Source of the DNA: an uncultured bacterium
Lineage (GTDB): Bacteria > Patescibacteriota > Doudnabacteria > UBA920
DNA: 64,000 nucleotides
Direction: 5' to 3'
Assembly: GCA_963749445.1 (NCBI GenBank)
Contig: CAVVMJ010000003.1
Span: forward strand, 715 to 64,714
Under the pieces are notes generated by a model, which was given only the letters and a program-made list of their open reading frames with translations, was not told the DNA's origin and searched no databases. Made by a program: the position numbers and the translations under genes. Shown one piece after another: positions 1 to 8,777 of the stretch; positions within the stretch are counted from its first letter, which is position 1; the number at the start of each line of letters is the position of its first letter.

Positions 1-38
1 CATAGAAGATCAGCAACTACCGCAGGGCCCAGGAGTGC

Positions 39-770
39 GTGGTTGACCTTATCAACGCCAACATCATTGAGGGCGTCCACCGCTCCGGCAGTCTAACCGC
101 CAAGTTTTTTACCAACACCTACAAAGATAATGTTCAGGCCGAGGACGCTCCCAGGGCCATTAAAGATTTTACCGCTTACAACAAAAAGGTCAACTGGCAT
201 TATTTTGGCAAAAAGACCGGCCAACTTAAGTATGTCTCGGTTATGGAACTCCAGCCCGTAAGTAAAAAGATTCATTTCCATACCGTGCTGTTTAACCAGC
301 CCTTTGTCCTGCAAAAAGACCTGCAAGACCTTTGGGGTTATGGGATTGTGGACATTCGTAAAATCTATGACCACAACTACGGTCAGTATATGGCTAAATA
401 CCTCGGCAAAAACTTTCGGGACTACCACGCCGCCGGTAAAAAACACTACTTCCGCTCCAGGGGCTTGGTTGAAGCCCAAATCCTTCGGCACGACGCTTCG
501 GTTTCGGACATTGCCGACCACTTGCCTGATTCTCTAATCCTGCACAAAATTCAGGGCATTAAGTTTCCGGTCTGGAACGGCTTTGAGTTTGTTGACCAGG
601 TTATGGACAAAACGGATTACAGCCTCAAGGGCTTCCCCCAAATCGTGGACTGGATTCAAGACACCATTGTCAATGTAAAGCAACATCCCCAGCCCCTGCG
701 GTTTAGCATTAGCCCCACGGACAGTCAAGCTCCAGCAGAGATGCCGCCTGATTATGATTTAGCATTTTAA
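39..770 (+). CDS. rolling-circle replication initiator (HUH endonuclease, Rep_1/pC194-like)
   Basis: HUH motif HFHTVLF is followed ~35 aa later by the catalytic Tyr motif GQYMAKYLGK (YxxKY), the motif order of RCR Rep proteins. An in-frame stop at 3-5 means the gene starts near 39. Confidence 0.55.
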   Translation: MVDLINANIIEGVHRSGSLTAKFFTNTYKDNVQAEDAPRAIKDFTAYNKKVNWHYFGKKTGQLKYVSVMELQPVSKKIHFHTVLFNQPFVLQKDLQDLWGYGIVDIRKIYDHNYGQYMAKYLGKNFRDYHAAGKKHYFRSRGLVEAQILRHDASVSDIADHLPDSLILHKIQGIKFPVWNGFEFVDQVMDKTDYSLKGFPQIVDWIQDTIVNVKQHPQPLRFSISPTDSQAPAEMPPDYDLAF

Positions 771-779
771 CTTAAAGCT

Positions 780-1109
780 ATGGACACAAAATTAACCCCA
801 GAAGCCACACAAAAATACCAATCGCACAATGACGGCAATTTGGGCCGCGCTCTTTGCAGGTGTATTTTCTGCCGCTATGTCCGGCATATCAGATATTCTT
901 TTTTCTATTCCTGCCCGTTTAAAGTCTGTCCCAGTTGCCGACCGGATTTGGATTGGAGCCGTTATAAAGCTCCGAGGGCTAAGCTTCCGCAAGATAAAAG
1001 CGGTGCGCCGAAAGGCTGGCAATTTAACACCCTGCAAGGCCTGACTGATGAGGAGCGGCAGCATTGGGAAGACTTGGATGAAAAGGATAAAAATTTAAAG
1101 GGTGCTTAA
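780..1109 (+). CDS. hypothetical Cys-rich small protein
   Basis: 109-aa ORF with CxC...CxxxC...CPSC cysteine clusters. No family recognised. It overlaps an alternative 71-aa hydrophobic ORF (829..1044). Confidence 0.2.
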   Translation: MDTKLTPEATQKYQSHNDGNLGRALCRCIFCRYVRHIRYSFFYSCPFKVCPSCRPDLDWSRYKAPRAKLPQDKSGAPKGWQFNTLQGLTDEERQHWEDLDEKDKNLKGA

Positions 1110-1818
1110 TAATTTATGATATTGAAATTTTATCTCTGGCCATTTTTTGCCCTCTGCCTGGCGGTCGTGATTATCGGGCAACCGAAGCGACCATAAAAAA
1201 ATTTTGTTTTTGTTTGGATATTTATTTTAAGCCTCCAACTTTTTGACTATTGTGAGATTACAGGAACCGCACCCCGGACAGGAAATAATATCCAGGTCAA
1301 AGGTTTCCTCTTTGGTGGCAGTCCAGGAGTTGCGGCACCTTGGACAGGTAATCTCGTAGACAAACTGGGCAGTCATAATTTTCATAGTGGATAAAGTTAA
1401 GAATTAAAGAAAGATTTTTGTTTTTGTTTTTATGTTTGTTAGACCATTTGCTTTACAGCGATATACGCGGAAACTTTCTTTCCGAAATCGTGATAGTCGC
1501 TGGATTCCGGGTCAACAGAGCTTCTCAACTCCATAAAGTAGTTGATACTTCTCTGCAGCGACGCCTTGATGATATTTGACTTCATCTCCGGCGTCAGACC
1601 CGGATTCTTGCTAACAGGCCTTGTAAACAGTCTTTTTGACTTTAGGCATATTAACTCCTTTCTTTGCTTAATTATTATGGGCGAACAGACTGGCCGAAAG
1701 TTTTAGGTGTCAAGGGATTAAAAATATTTTATGCCCAACGGGAAATAAATTATTTTTACCCTTGATCAGCCTAAAAACCGGACAGTATAATGAGAAGCCA
1801 TAAGAAGCAAAGACAGGG

Positions 1819-2208
1819 TTAAATTAAATTTTGTTCCTTAAAACTTTTATGGGATTCGCCGGTTACGATAACGTGGTCAAGCACTTCAATGCCGATCAGC
1901 TTGCCGGCATCCTTAAGGCGCTTGGTTACGGCGATATCCTCATCTGACGGCTCCAGACTCCCGCTCGGGTGATTATGGGCGAAAATAACCGCGGCAGAAT
2001 TCTTTAAGATAGCGGTTCTAAAACATTCCCTCGGGTGAATAAGACTGGTGTTGAGTGTGCCGATGCTGATAATCTCCCTGCTGATGATTTGGTTTTGGGT
2101 GTTTAAGAAAAATACGCAAAAATGTTCCTTGTCAGCTTTTCCTAAAATCTCCGCACTTGCCGGCAATCTCCAGTGGGCTGTATACGCCATCCGGCATGGC
2201 CTTAACAC
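1819..2208 (-). CDS. RadC-like JAB/MPN domain protein (UPF0758)
   Basis: AHNHPSGSLEPSDEDIAVTKRL JAMM-type motif and upstream conserved EHFCVFFLNTQN block. An overlapping out-of-frame ORF at 2132..2389 (SPLEIAGK vs SAEILGK) suggests the gene may extend to 2389 across a frameshift. Confidence 0.7.
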   Translation of the reverse strand: MLRPCRMAYTAHWRLPASAEILGKADKEHFCVFFLNTQNQIISREIISIGTLNTSLIHPRECFRTAILKNSAAVIFAHNHPSGSLEPSDEDIAVTKRLKDAGKLIGIEVLDHVIVTGESHKSFKEQNLI

Positions 2209-2677
2209 TTAAATTGCCGTAGACATACTTCTTGGCTTTCTTTCTTGCCTCCTCATCGCTCTCGGCCACAAAACGATAATTAACATTAACCTGGTATTCC
2301 ATAAATTTCAGATTACTTATTTTCCACCCACAGAATTTTGGAAGGCCCGGCCGGTCAAGGGTGAAGCCCGCGGCGATTTTATGCCCCACGGGAAATAAAG
2401 AAGCCGCCCCTTGACGGGACGGGACCCAAAATTAAAATCGGAAAAAATAAGTAAGCAAAAGTAAAAATATGTATCAATCAAAGCAATTAAAATCAAACTG
2501 CCGTGATTTCCCTGGATGACTTCAAAGCCTCTTTGGGGGATTATGCCAAGCGGTTTACCGATGAGGAATTAGAACGGCTTAGGCAGGATATGTATCAGTT
2601 GGCTGATATTGCCTTTGACGTTTGGGCTGGCGAGCGAAAGGGTGTATAATATTTTGGCTAAACTTTTTGATATTTTT

Positions 2678-3970
2678 ATGACTACTGAAACTTCAAAAAA
2701 TGCCGTGATTTACTACCGAGTTTCCACGGCTGACCAAGTGGACGGCTTTAGCCTGGATAACCAAAAAGAGGCCTGCCAACGGTATGCCGATGACAAGGGT
2801 TTTAATGTCGTTAAGCTTTTTTCCGATGAGGGCGAATCCGCCAAAACCGCTGACCGCCCTGGGCTTCAGGCAATGCTAAAATTTGTGGCCAACAAGAAAA
2901 ACAAAATCAACTGCATTATCGTCAACAAAATTGACCGCCTGTCCCGCAATGTTAACGACTACTCGGCCATTAAGGGATTACTTGATAAACTGGATGTTCA
3001 ATTAGTTTCCACCACCGAAGCCATTGGCAATAATTCCTTTGGTAAGTTTATGGGCAATATGATGGCAAGTATTGCCCAACTGGATAACGATGTCAGGAGC
3101 GAGAGGGTTAGCGACGGTATTTTAAAATGCTTGCAATCCGGCCGCTCTCCCCACCACGCGCCGCTCGGCTACTTAAACCAAAACCACGGAAGAAAAGACA
3201 TATCAATTGTCCCGGACCCGGAACGCGCCAACACAATAAAATTTTTGCTAAACGAATTTTCCAAAGGCATTTACACCCAGGAAGAGCTGCGGGTTAAGGC
3301 TAACCGGCTTGGTTTGCGTTCCAAAAAGGGCAAGGAAATCGGCACCCAGCTCATCCATAAGATTTTAGCCAGTAAGTTTTACGCGGGCATTATCGTTAGC
3401 AAATACGGCGAATTTAAAGGCACTCACCCCGCCCTTATCACCGAAGAAACTTTCCATAAAAACCAAAAGCAGTTCCCCAAAACCACCAAAGGCGACTACA
3501 TAGCCGGCAGCCGGACTAATGAGGCTTTTCCCTTAAGACATCAAGTAGACTGCGGCCTTTGCGGCCGTCCTTTGACCGCCTGTTTTTCAAGAGGCAAATT
3601 GGGTACCCTTTATCCATATTACCGCTGTTACCAAAAGGCCTGTCCGTCTAAAAAGGCCATAGCTAAAAAGACTTTGGAGGACGAATTCTCCAAGTGTTTA
3701 ACCAAAGTTACCCCGACCCCCGAAATCCTAAACGCCTTTAGAAAAGTGATTATTGATGTCTGGCAAAACCGTTTTAAGGAACTAAACCAAAAGCAGGAAG
3801 TCATTAAAAAACAGGTAGAAAACCTCACGGCTGAAAAAGCCAAGCTCCTTGACCTCGTTAAAAGAAATTTACTGCCTGATGAAGATTTTAAAATTGAATA
3901 CGCCAAAGTCAAGGAACAGCTGGCTGACAAACAAATTGAATTGGATGAAATCAAAAACCCAGGACTTTAA
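2678..3970 (+). CDS. large serine recombinase (resolvase/invertase N-terminal domain + recombinase + zinc-ribbon domains)
   Basis: N-terminus AVIYYRVSTADQ...DGFSLDNQ (catalytic Ser motif), a C-terminal Cys cluster CGLCGRP...YYRCY, then a coiled coil. The ORF track starts at 2609, but M at 2678 fits the family; a TATAAT box lies at 2645. Confidence 0.85.
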   Translation: MTTETSKNAVIYYRVSTADQVDGFSLDNQKEACQRYADDKGFNVVKLFSDEGESAKTADRPGLQAMLKFVANKKNKINCIIVNKIDRLSRNVNDYSAIKGLLDKLDVQLVSTTEAIGNNSFGKFMGNMMASIAQLDNDVRSERVSDGILKCLQSGRSPHHAPLGYLNQNHGRKDISIVPDPERANTIKFLLNEFSKGIYTQEELRVKANRLGLRSKKGKEIGTQLIHKILASKFYAGIIVSKYGEFKGTHPALITEETFHKNQKQFPKTTKGDYIAGSRTNEAFPLRHQVDCGLCGRPLTACFSRGKLGTLYPYYRCYQKACPSKKAIAKKTLEDEFSKCLTKVTPTPEILNAFRKVIIDVWQNRFKELNQKQEVIKKQVENLTAEKAKLLDLVKRNLLPDEDFKIEYAKVKEQLADKQIELDEIKNPGL

Positions 3971-4174
3971 CCCTGACCGCCTCTGTGGAGTTTGTTTTTG
4001 ACTTTATAGCCTCTCTTCCAAGCAACTGGCCTAAAACTACCTACTGGCAAAAAACAAAATTGATGAGTTTGATTTTTCCCAAAAAGCCTATTTACAATTA
4101 TCAAACATTTACAACCCCAAAATTATCTTATATCTTCCAAGCAAAAACCGCCTATGACGGCGGTAAAAATGCTT

Positions 4175-4250
4175 TGGTGGGTTGGGCGGGGATCGAACCC
4201 GCGACAAACGGCTTAAAAGGCCGCTGCTCTACCAACTGAGCTACCAACCC
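4175..4250 (-). tRNA. tRNA-Lys(UUU)
   Basis: Cloverleaf on the minus strand: acceptor GGGTTGG/CCAACCC, D arm GCTC-AGTTGGTA-GAGC, anticodon stem GCGGC/GCCGT with loop CTTTTAA (anticodon TTT), T arm GCGGG-TTCGATC-CCCGC, encoded CCA. Confidence 0.8.
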
Positions 4251-4361
4251 AATTAAACGATTCTCTGATATTTTACAATAAAACCCCAATTTTATCAAGC
4301 CGTAAAATTTTGACAAAACTAACAAATCCCCTACACTTAAGCTAAAGACTAATCTAAATTT

Positions 4362-4724
4362 ATGAACTCAAACAAAAAAACTTGGTATACTCTATTGTTG
4401 GCCGTGCTAGTCGTGGTAATTTGGGCCATTTGGCGGTATAGCGCCAAGGGACCGGCAAGCGTTACCTCTCCAGCCGAAACAGGTAATGCCAACCAAACGC
4501 AGCCCGCGGCGGCCGGCAACCAAACTCCGAGCGGCGATGTTTGGCAAGGTATCTTAAAAGTTTCCGATAACCCCAAAAAAGGCAACCTCATGTTGGTTAT
4601 GGAAAAAACCACTGTCTATATTAATACCAGCCGCGACTATTCCGATTTAATCGGCCGCCAAGTTAACGTCAGCTACGAAGGAACTGTGGATAGTTTCCAG
4701 CTCGGAGACATTGTTGGGCAATAA
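4362..4724 (+). CDS. hypothetical membrane-anchored protein
   Basis: N-terminal TM helix (WYTLLLAVLVVVIWAIW) followed by a soluble domain. No family recognised. Confidence 0.35.
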   Translation: MNSNKKTWYTLLLAVLVVVIWAIWRYSAKGPASVTSPAETGNANQTQPAAAGNQTPSGDVWQGILKVSDNPKKGNLMLVMEKTTVYINTSRDYSDLIGRQVNVSYEGTVDSFQLGDIVGQ

Positions 4725-4808
4725 ACAAATTGACAAGATTGACCAGGATTGATCATGGTTGACATGATTAGTGGCCATATCTTGTCAATCTTTTAAATCC
4801 CTTAAATC

Positions 4809-5759
4809 TTGTTCAATCATTTTATGATACTTGAAACTTTTAAAACTTTTGGCTATTTTGAACTGCTGGACACCGGCAGAGGTTTTCGTCTGGAACGGTG
4901 GGGCGAGGCGGTGTTGGCACGGCCGGATCCGCAAATCATTTGGCCAAAATCGTTAGCCGATTCAGAATGGGATAAGGCTTGGGCGATTTTTAAATCAGGC
5001 AGCGGCGATGGAAAAGGGAAATGGGATATCAAAAAAAATCTTCCCGTTCCTTGGACCGTTAAGTTCCAAAACATCCGATTCTTGCTCAAGCTCTTCCCTT
5101 TCAAACATACCGGGCTGTTTCCCGAACAGGCGGCGAATTGGGAGTTTATGATTCAAAGATTAAAAGATTCAACCCATTCGACAAGCTCAGGGCAGGCGAT
5201 TGAAAGATCAAAAATTCTGAATCTTTTTGCTTATACGGGAGGCGCTACGATAGTACTGGCCAAGGCCGGATGCTTTGTCACCCACGTGGACGCTTCCAAA
5301 CCGGCCATAACTTGGGCCAAGGAAAATTATAAGTTAAATTTCGAAAATAATGCGCCCTTCGACCACGCTCAGGGCGAACATTCCCAACATATTGGGAATG
5401 TCCGCTGGATTTTGGATGACGCGGTAAAATTCGTCAAACGCGAACTTAAGCGCGACGCCAAATACGACGGCATAATTATGGATCCGCCGGCCTTTGGCCA
5501 TAGCCCTTCCGGCAAGACCTGGAAATTTAACGACGACCTACCTGGGCTGTTAGCCGATTGTGTTCAGCTGCTTTCGACCAACGCCAAATTCCTCATCATC
5601 AACGGCTACGCCACGAATTCTTCCGCTTTGGCGCTCAATAATTTACTGGAAGACGCCATAAGAAATCGCGGCGGACAAATAGAGTTTGGCGAACTGTGCT
5701 TAAAACAAAAAAATGAACGCTTGATATCTACCGGCATCTTCGCCCGTTGGTCATCTTAA
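4809..5759 (+). CDS. class I SAM-dependent (r)RNA methyltransferase, RlmI/RlmK-like
   Basis: LNLFAYTGGATIV (motif I) and DGIIMDPPAFGHS (motif IV), as in 23S rRNA m5C/m2G methyltransferases. Confidence 0.65.
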   Translation: MFNHFMILETFKTFGYFELLDTGRGFRLERWGEAVLARPDPQIIWPKSLADSEWDKAWAIFKSGSGDGKGKWDIKKNLPVPWTVKFQNIRFLLKLFPFKHTGLFPEQAANWEFMIQRLKDSTHSTSSGQAIERSKILNLFAYTGGATIVLAKAGCFVTHVDASKPAITWAKENYKLNFENNAPFDHAQGEHSQHIGNVRWILDDAVKFVKRELKRDAKYDGIIMDPPAFGHSPSGKTWKFNDDLPGLLADCVQLLSTNAKFLIINGYATNSSALALNNLLEDAIRNRGGQIEFGELCLKQKNERLISTGIFARWSS

Positions 5760-5818
5760 GCGTATAAAATCAAAAACGGCTTTGCGTAAGCAAAGCCGCC
5801 CTTTCTACTTTCTACTTT

Positions 5819-6220
5819 CTACTTACTGTCCCCTTCCGGCTCCAAATATGACCAGACCGTTTTGTACAACTGGTCCAAATTCAAAGTGCCTTTAACCAGA
5901 TACTCCTTAATGCGGCCCTGCTTAAGCAGCATGTCCCGAAGCTCCGGCTTGTCCAAATTGGTCAGCGCGATTACCGGCACGTTCTGCAGCCTGTCTTGGC
6001 CCTGCATAAAATCCAAAACGCCGCTACTGCCGTCCGCTTCTGTTAACAACAAATCTAATAATACCAAATCCGGCGTAACTTTTTTTAAAAATTCCTTGGC
6101 CTCCTGCGGCGTGGCCGCGGACATAATTTGCGTGCCCCAAGCGTCAAACTGCTTCTTTAAGGTGTTCAAAATCAGCTTGTCGTCATCAATTATTAAAATT
6201 ATATAGTGTCCTTTGGGCAT
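5819..6220 (-). CDS. response regulator receiver domain protein (CheY-like, single domain)
   Basis: IIDDD...LVLLDLLL...T..K architecture with conserved Asp pocket and phospho-acceptor Asp. Confidence 0.8.
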   Translation of the reverse strand: MPKGHYIILIIDDDKLILNTLKKQFDAWGTQIMSAATPQEAKEFLKKVTPDLVLLDLLLTEADGSSGVLDFMQGQDRLQNVPVIALTNLDKPELRDMLLKQGRIKEYLVKGTLNLDQLYKTVWSYLEPEGDSK

Positions 6221-6362
6221 AAAAATAGACTGACAAGATTTAAATGATTTAAATGATTTAAATGATTGACATGATTTTTAATTGGCAATCTTGCCCGCCC
6301 GCCGAAGCCCCGGCGAAGGCTGGGTCATTCTTGCGAAGTCTAGTCAATCTTGTCAATTGATT

Positions 6363-6920
6363 CTACAACTCGTTTGTATCCCCGACAAACTTGCCGAGGA
6401 CAATTAAATAAACAATGGGCAAAACCAGCCAGACAAAACTCGCCGGATTATTAATAAAAATTGTCTGGATTAGCGGGCTAAAATTTTGCTGCACGCCGGC
6501 CGGCATATAGCTTAAAATAATATTTATCAGCAGCCCGATCTGCAAAAAAGCGAACACCAGGCCGAACACCATGGACACCAAATGCCGGCTGTCCGCCGAA
6601 GTCTTTAAGGCGAACCGGCCAAGGAACAAAAACAGCACCAAAAAAACTATCACAAAAGCCGCCAGCTGCTGTAATGACTCAATGGACGTAAGCCCCAGCT
6701 TGCCCGTGGTAATGCTTAAAAACGGCATCTCCAAAACAATCAGCTTGGCCACGTACACGCTGAGCAAAATGTTGATAATCCGGCCGCGGCCCGAGGCGAA
6801 CATATACAAAATGGCGGCACCGATCCACGCCAGAAGAATAAACAAATCCCAGGACGGCGAAGTCCAGTTAAAACTATGCACCAGTTGCGAGGCATTGCCT
6901 ACGGAAAGCGCTTCTAGCAT
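6363..6920 (-). CDS. integral membrane protein (CvpA-like)
   Basis: Four predicted TM segments with a GRGRI motif after TM1. Family assignment is tentative. Confidence 0.4.
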   Translation of the reverse strand: MLEALSVGNASQLVHSFNWTSPSWDLFILLAWIGAAILYMFASGRGRIINILLSVYVAKLIVLEMPFLSITTGKLGLTSIESLQQLAAFVIVFLVLFLFLGRFALKTSADSRHLVSMVFGLVFAFLQIGLLINIILSYMPAGVQQNFSPLIQTIFINNPASFVWLVLPIVYLIVLGKFVGDTNEL

Positions 6921-7022
6921 TTTTGTTTTTGCCGATAAATCTCAATTCCTGGTTAATTATAGCACAAAACCGGTCAAAATCCAAAGATTACTTAATTGAT
7001 TAAATAATCAATTAAGTAATTC

Positions 7023-8204
7023 TCAAAAGTTATTTTTGATACTATCCCACAAATTTTCATCAATCTGCACGGTTTCACCGCGTTCAGCTGCAAGCTGTTT
7101 CAATAATTCTTTTTCTTTCCGTGATAACTTATTGGGCACAATCACGCGGACGGTAATTAACAGGTCGCCGCGGCGGGAGGGGTTGTGGATGTCCGGCACG
7201 CCGTGATTCTTAACTTTCATTACGGTGCCGCTTTGCGTACCGTTTGGAATTTTTAGTTCAATCTGCCCGTCCAAAGTTTTGACGATAATTTTTGCGCCCA
7301 GCGCGGCCTGGGTAAAACTTACGGGTAGTTCTTTAAGCAAATTGTTGCCGTCACGCGTAAATTCTTTATTCTCGCGCACGCGGATGGCCAAATATAAATC
7401 GCCGGGGCTGGAGCCGCGGTAGCCGGCCTCGCCTTCCCCGGCCACGCGGATTCTTTGGCCGTCGTCTATGCCGGCCGGAATTTTTACGGCAATGGTTTTC
7501 TCCTGTCTCAACGCGCCGCTCCCGCCGCAGGTGTGGCAGGGCGTTTCCGGCACTTTGCCCGTGCCCTCGCACCGGTCGCACGTGGTGCGGCTCTGGATTT
7601 GGCCAAAAATCGTGCGGCGCGTGGTGGCTATTTGTCCCTGGCCGTGGCACTTGGGGCAGGAGTTGATTTTAGACCCCGGTTCCGCACCGTTGCCGCCACA
7701 GGTTTTACAAACGTCTTTTTTTTCTAAAGTGATGGTTTTTTCCGCGCCGAACACCGCTTCCTCAAAATTTATGGTCAGCGACATTTCCAAATCTATGCCG
7801 CGGTTGCGCCTGCTTTCGCGCTGCCTTCTGCCGCCGAACATATCGCCAAAAATGTCTCCCAAATCAAATTCCACGCCGCCTTCGCCGCCAAAACCCCCAA
7901 AATCCCAGGCGGAGCCTGGTCCGCCTCCGGCGGAAAAACCCCCGAACGGATTTTGGCCCTGCTGATATTGATAACCTCCGTTTCGCGAGGCCTGGTCAAA
8001 CGTTTGCCCGTAAGTGTCGTACTGCTGCTTTTTTTCCGCGTTGCCCAGTACCTGATACGCCTCGTTAATTTCCTTAAACTTAGCCTCGTTGCCCTTATTT
8101 TTATCCGGATGATACTCGTGCGCCATCTTGCGGTAGGCGCGCTTAATCTCGTCGCCACTGGCGCCTTTGGAAACTCCTAAAATGTCGTAATAATTCTTAG
8201 CCAT
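7023..8204 (-). CDS. dnaJ: molecular chaperone DnaJ
   Basis: J domain MAKNYYDILGV...HPDKN, Gly/Phe-rich region, four CxxCxGxG zinc-finger repeats, C-terminal domains. Confidence 0.95.
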   Translation of the reverse strand: MAKNYYDILGVSKGASGDEIKRAYRKMAHEYHPDKNKGNEAKFKEINEAYQVLGNAEKKQQYDTYGQTFDQASRNGGYQYQQGQNPFGGFSAGGGPGSAWDFGGFGGEGGVEFDLGDIFGDMFGGRRQRESRRNRGIDLEMSLTINFEEAVFGAEKTITLEKKDVCKTCGGNGAEPGSKINSCPKCHGQGQIATTRRTIFGQIQSRTTCDRCEGTGKVPETPCHTCGGSGALRQEKTIAVKIPAGIDDGQRIRVAGEGEAGYRGSSPGDLYLAIRVRENKEFTRDGNNLLKELPVSFTQAALGAKIIVKTLDGQIELKIPNGTQSGTVMKVKNHGVPDIHNPSRRGDLLITVRVIVPNKLSRKEKELLKQLAAERGETVQIDENLWDSIKNNF

Positions 8205-8275
8205 TCAATGTCAATTTAAAATTACGGATTACGCATTACGGATTAATTCGTAATCCGCAATAAAAAAATTGTAAC

Positions 8276-8584
8276 CTATTCTGTCTTAAACTTGAAATTC
8301 TGATCCGGGACGACTGCCAGGGAAATGGTGCCGAACTGCTCTTCGTAGCGTTTGACGTTGTCCTGCATCGCGGCCGTGAGCCTCTTAAAATGCGACGGCG
8401 AGACAATCACGCGGCTCACTAACTGCCCGGCTGGCGGCAGAAGATTCATAAAATCCAAAACAAACTCCTCGCCGGTATGCCCGACCTGCACCATATTGGC
8501 GTACTGGCCCTTTAGGATTTTGTCATCGGCCTTGACCTGGATTTGCTGTTGGGGCTGTTGCTCTTGATTATTATTATTGGCCAT
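8276..8584 (-). CDS. DUF3467-like small protein
   Basis: LKGQYANMVQVGHTGEEFVLDF...SRVIVSPSHFKRL resembles the DUF3467 family. It sits between dnaK and dnaJ. Confidence 0.45.
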   Translation of the reverse strand: MANNNNQEQQPQQQIQVKADDKILKGQYANMVQVGHTGEEFVLDFMNLLPPAGQLVSRVIVSPSHFKRLTAAMQDNVKRYEEQFGTISLAVVPDQNFKFKTE

Positions 8585-8777
8585 ATTTTTTTAGATAATG
8601 ATAAAATTTTTCCATCCCGAAATTTTTGATTGTAATAAGAATATCATCAGCAATCAAAAATATCCGGGATCCGGAAGCCTGAAATTTTCCAGGATAGCTC
8701 TTGTACCTGGACCCCGGATATTTTTTACGGCAGATAATTTTCTTGCGCGTAAAAAATTCCGGGGTGGACACAGAGTG

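Larger units (their letters stand above)
1..4174. mobile_element. putative integrated element next to tRNA-Lys, truncated at window start (Rep + RadC-like + large serine recombinase)
   Basis: Recombinase gene ends ~200 bp from the 3' end of tRNA-Lys. The cargo is typical of small plasmid/phage elements: an HUH Rep and a RadC-like JAB protein. The left boundary is outside the window. Confidence 0.4.

Noticed and set aside
6238-6268. (aaatgattt)x3 tandem repeat
   Set aside because: Too short and isolated to be a CRISPR array or satellite. Interpreted as part of the TTGACAAGATT cassette.
7225-8180. Multiple 60-165-aa ORFs on both strands inside dnaJ
   Set aside because: They overlap the well-supported dnaJ frame; their Pro/Arg/Ala-rich translations are typical of out-of-frame GC-rich reading.
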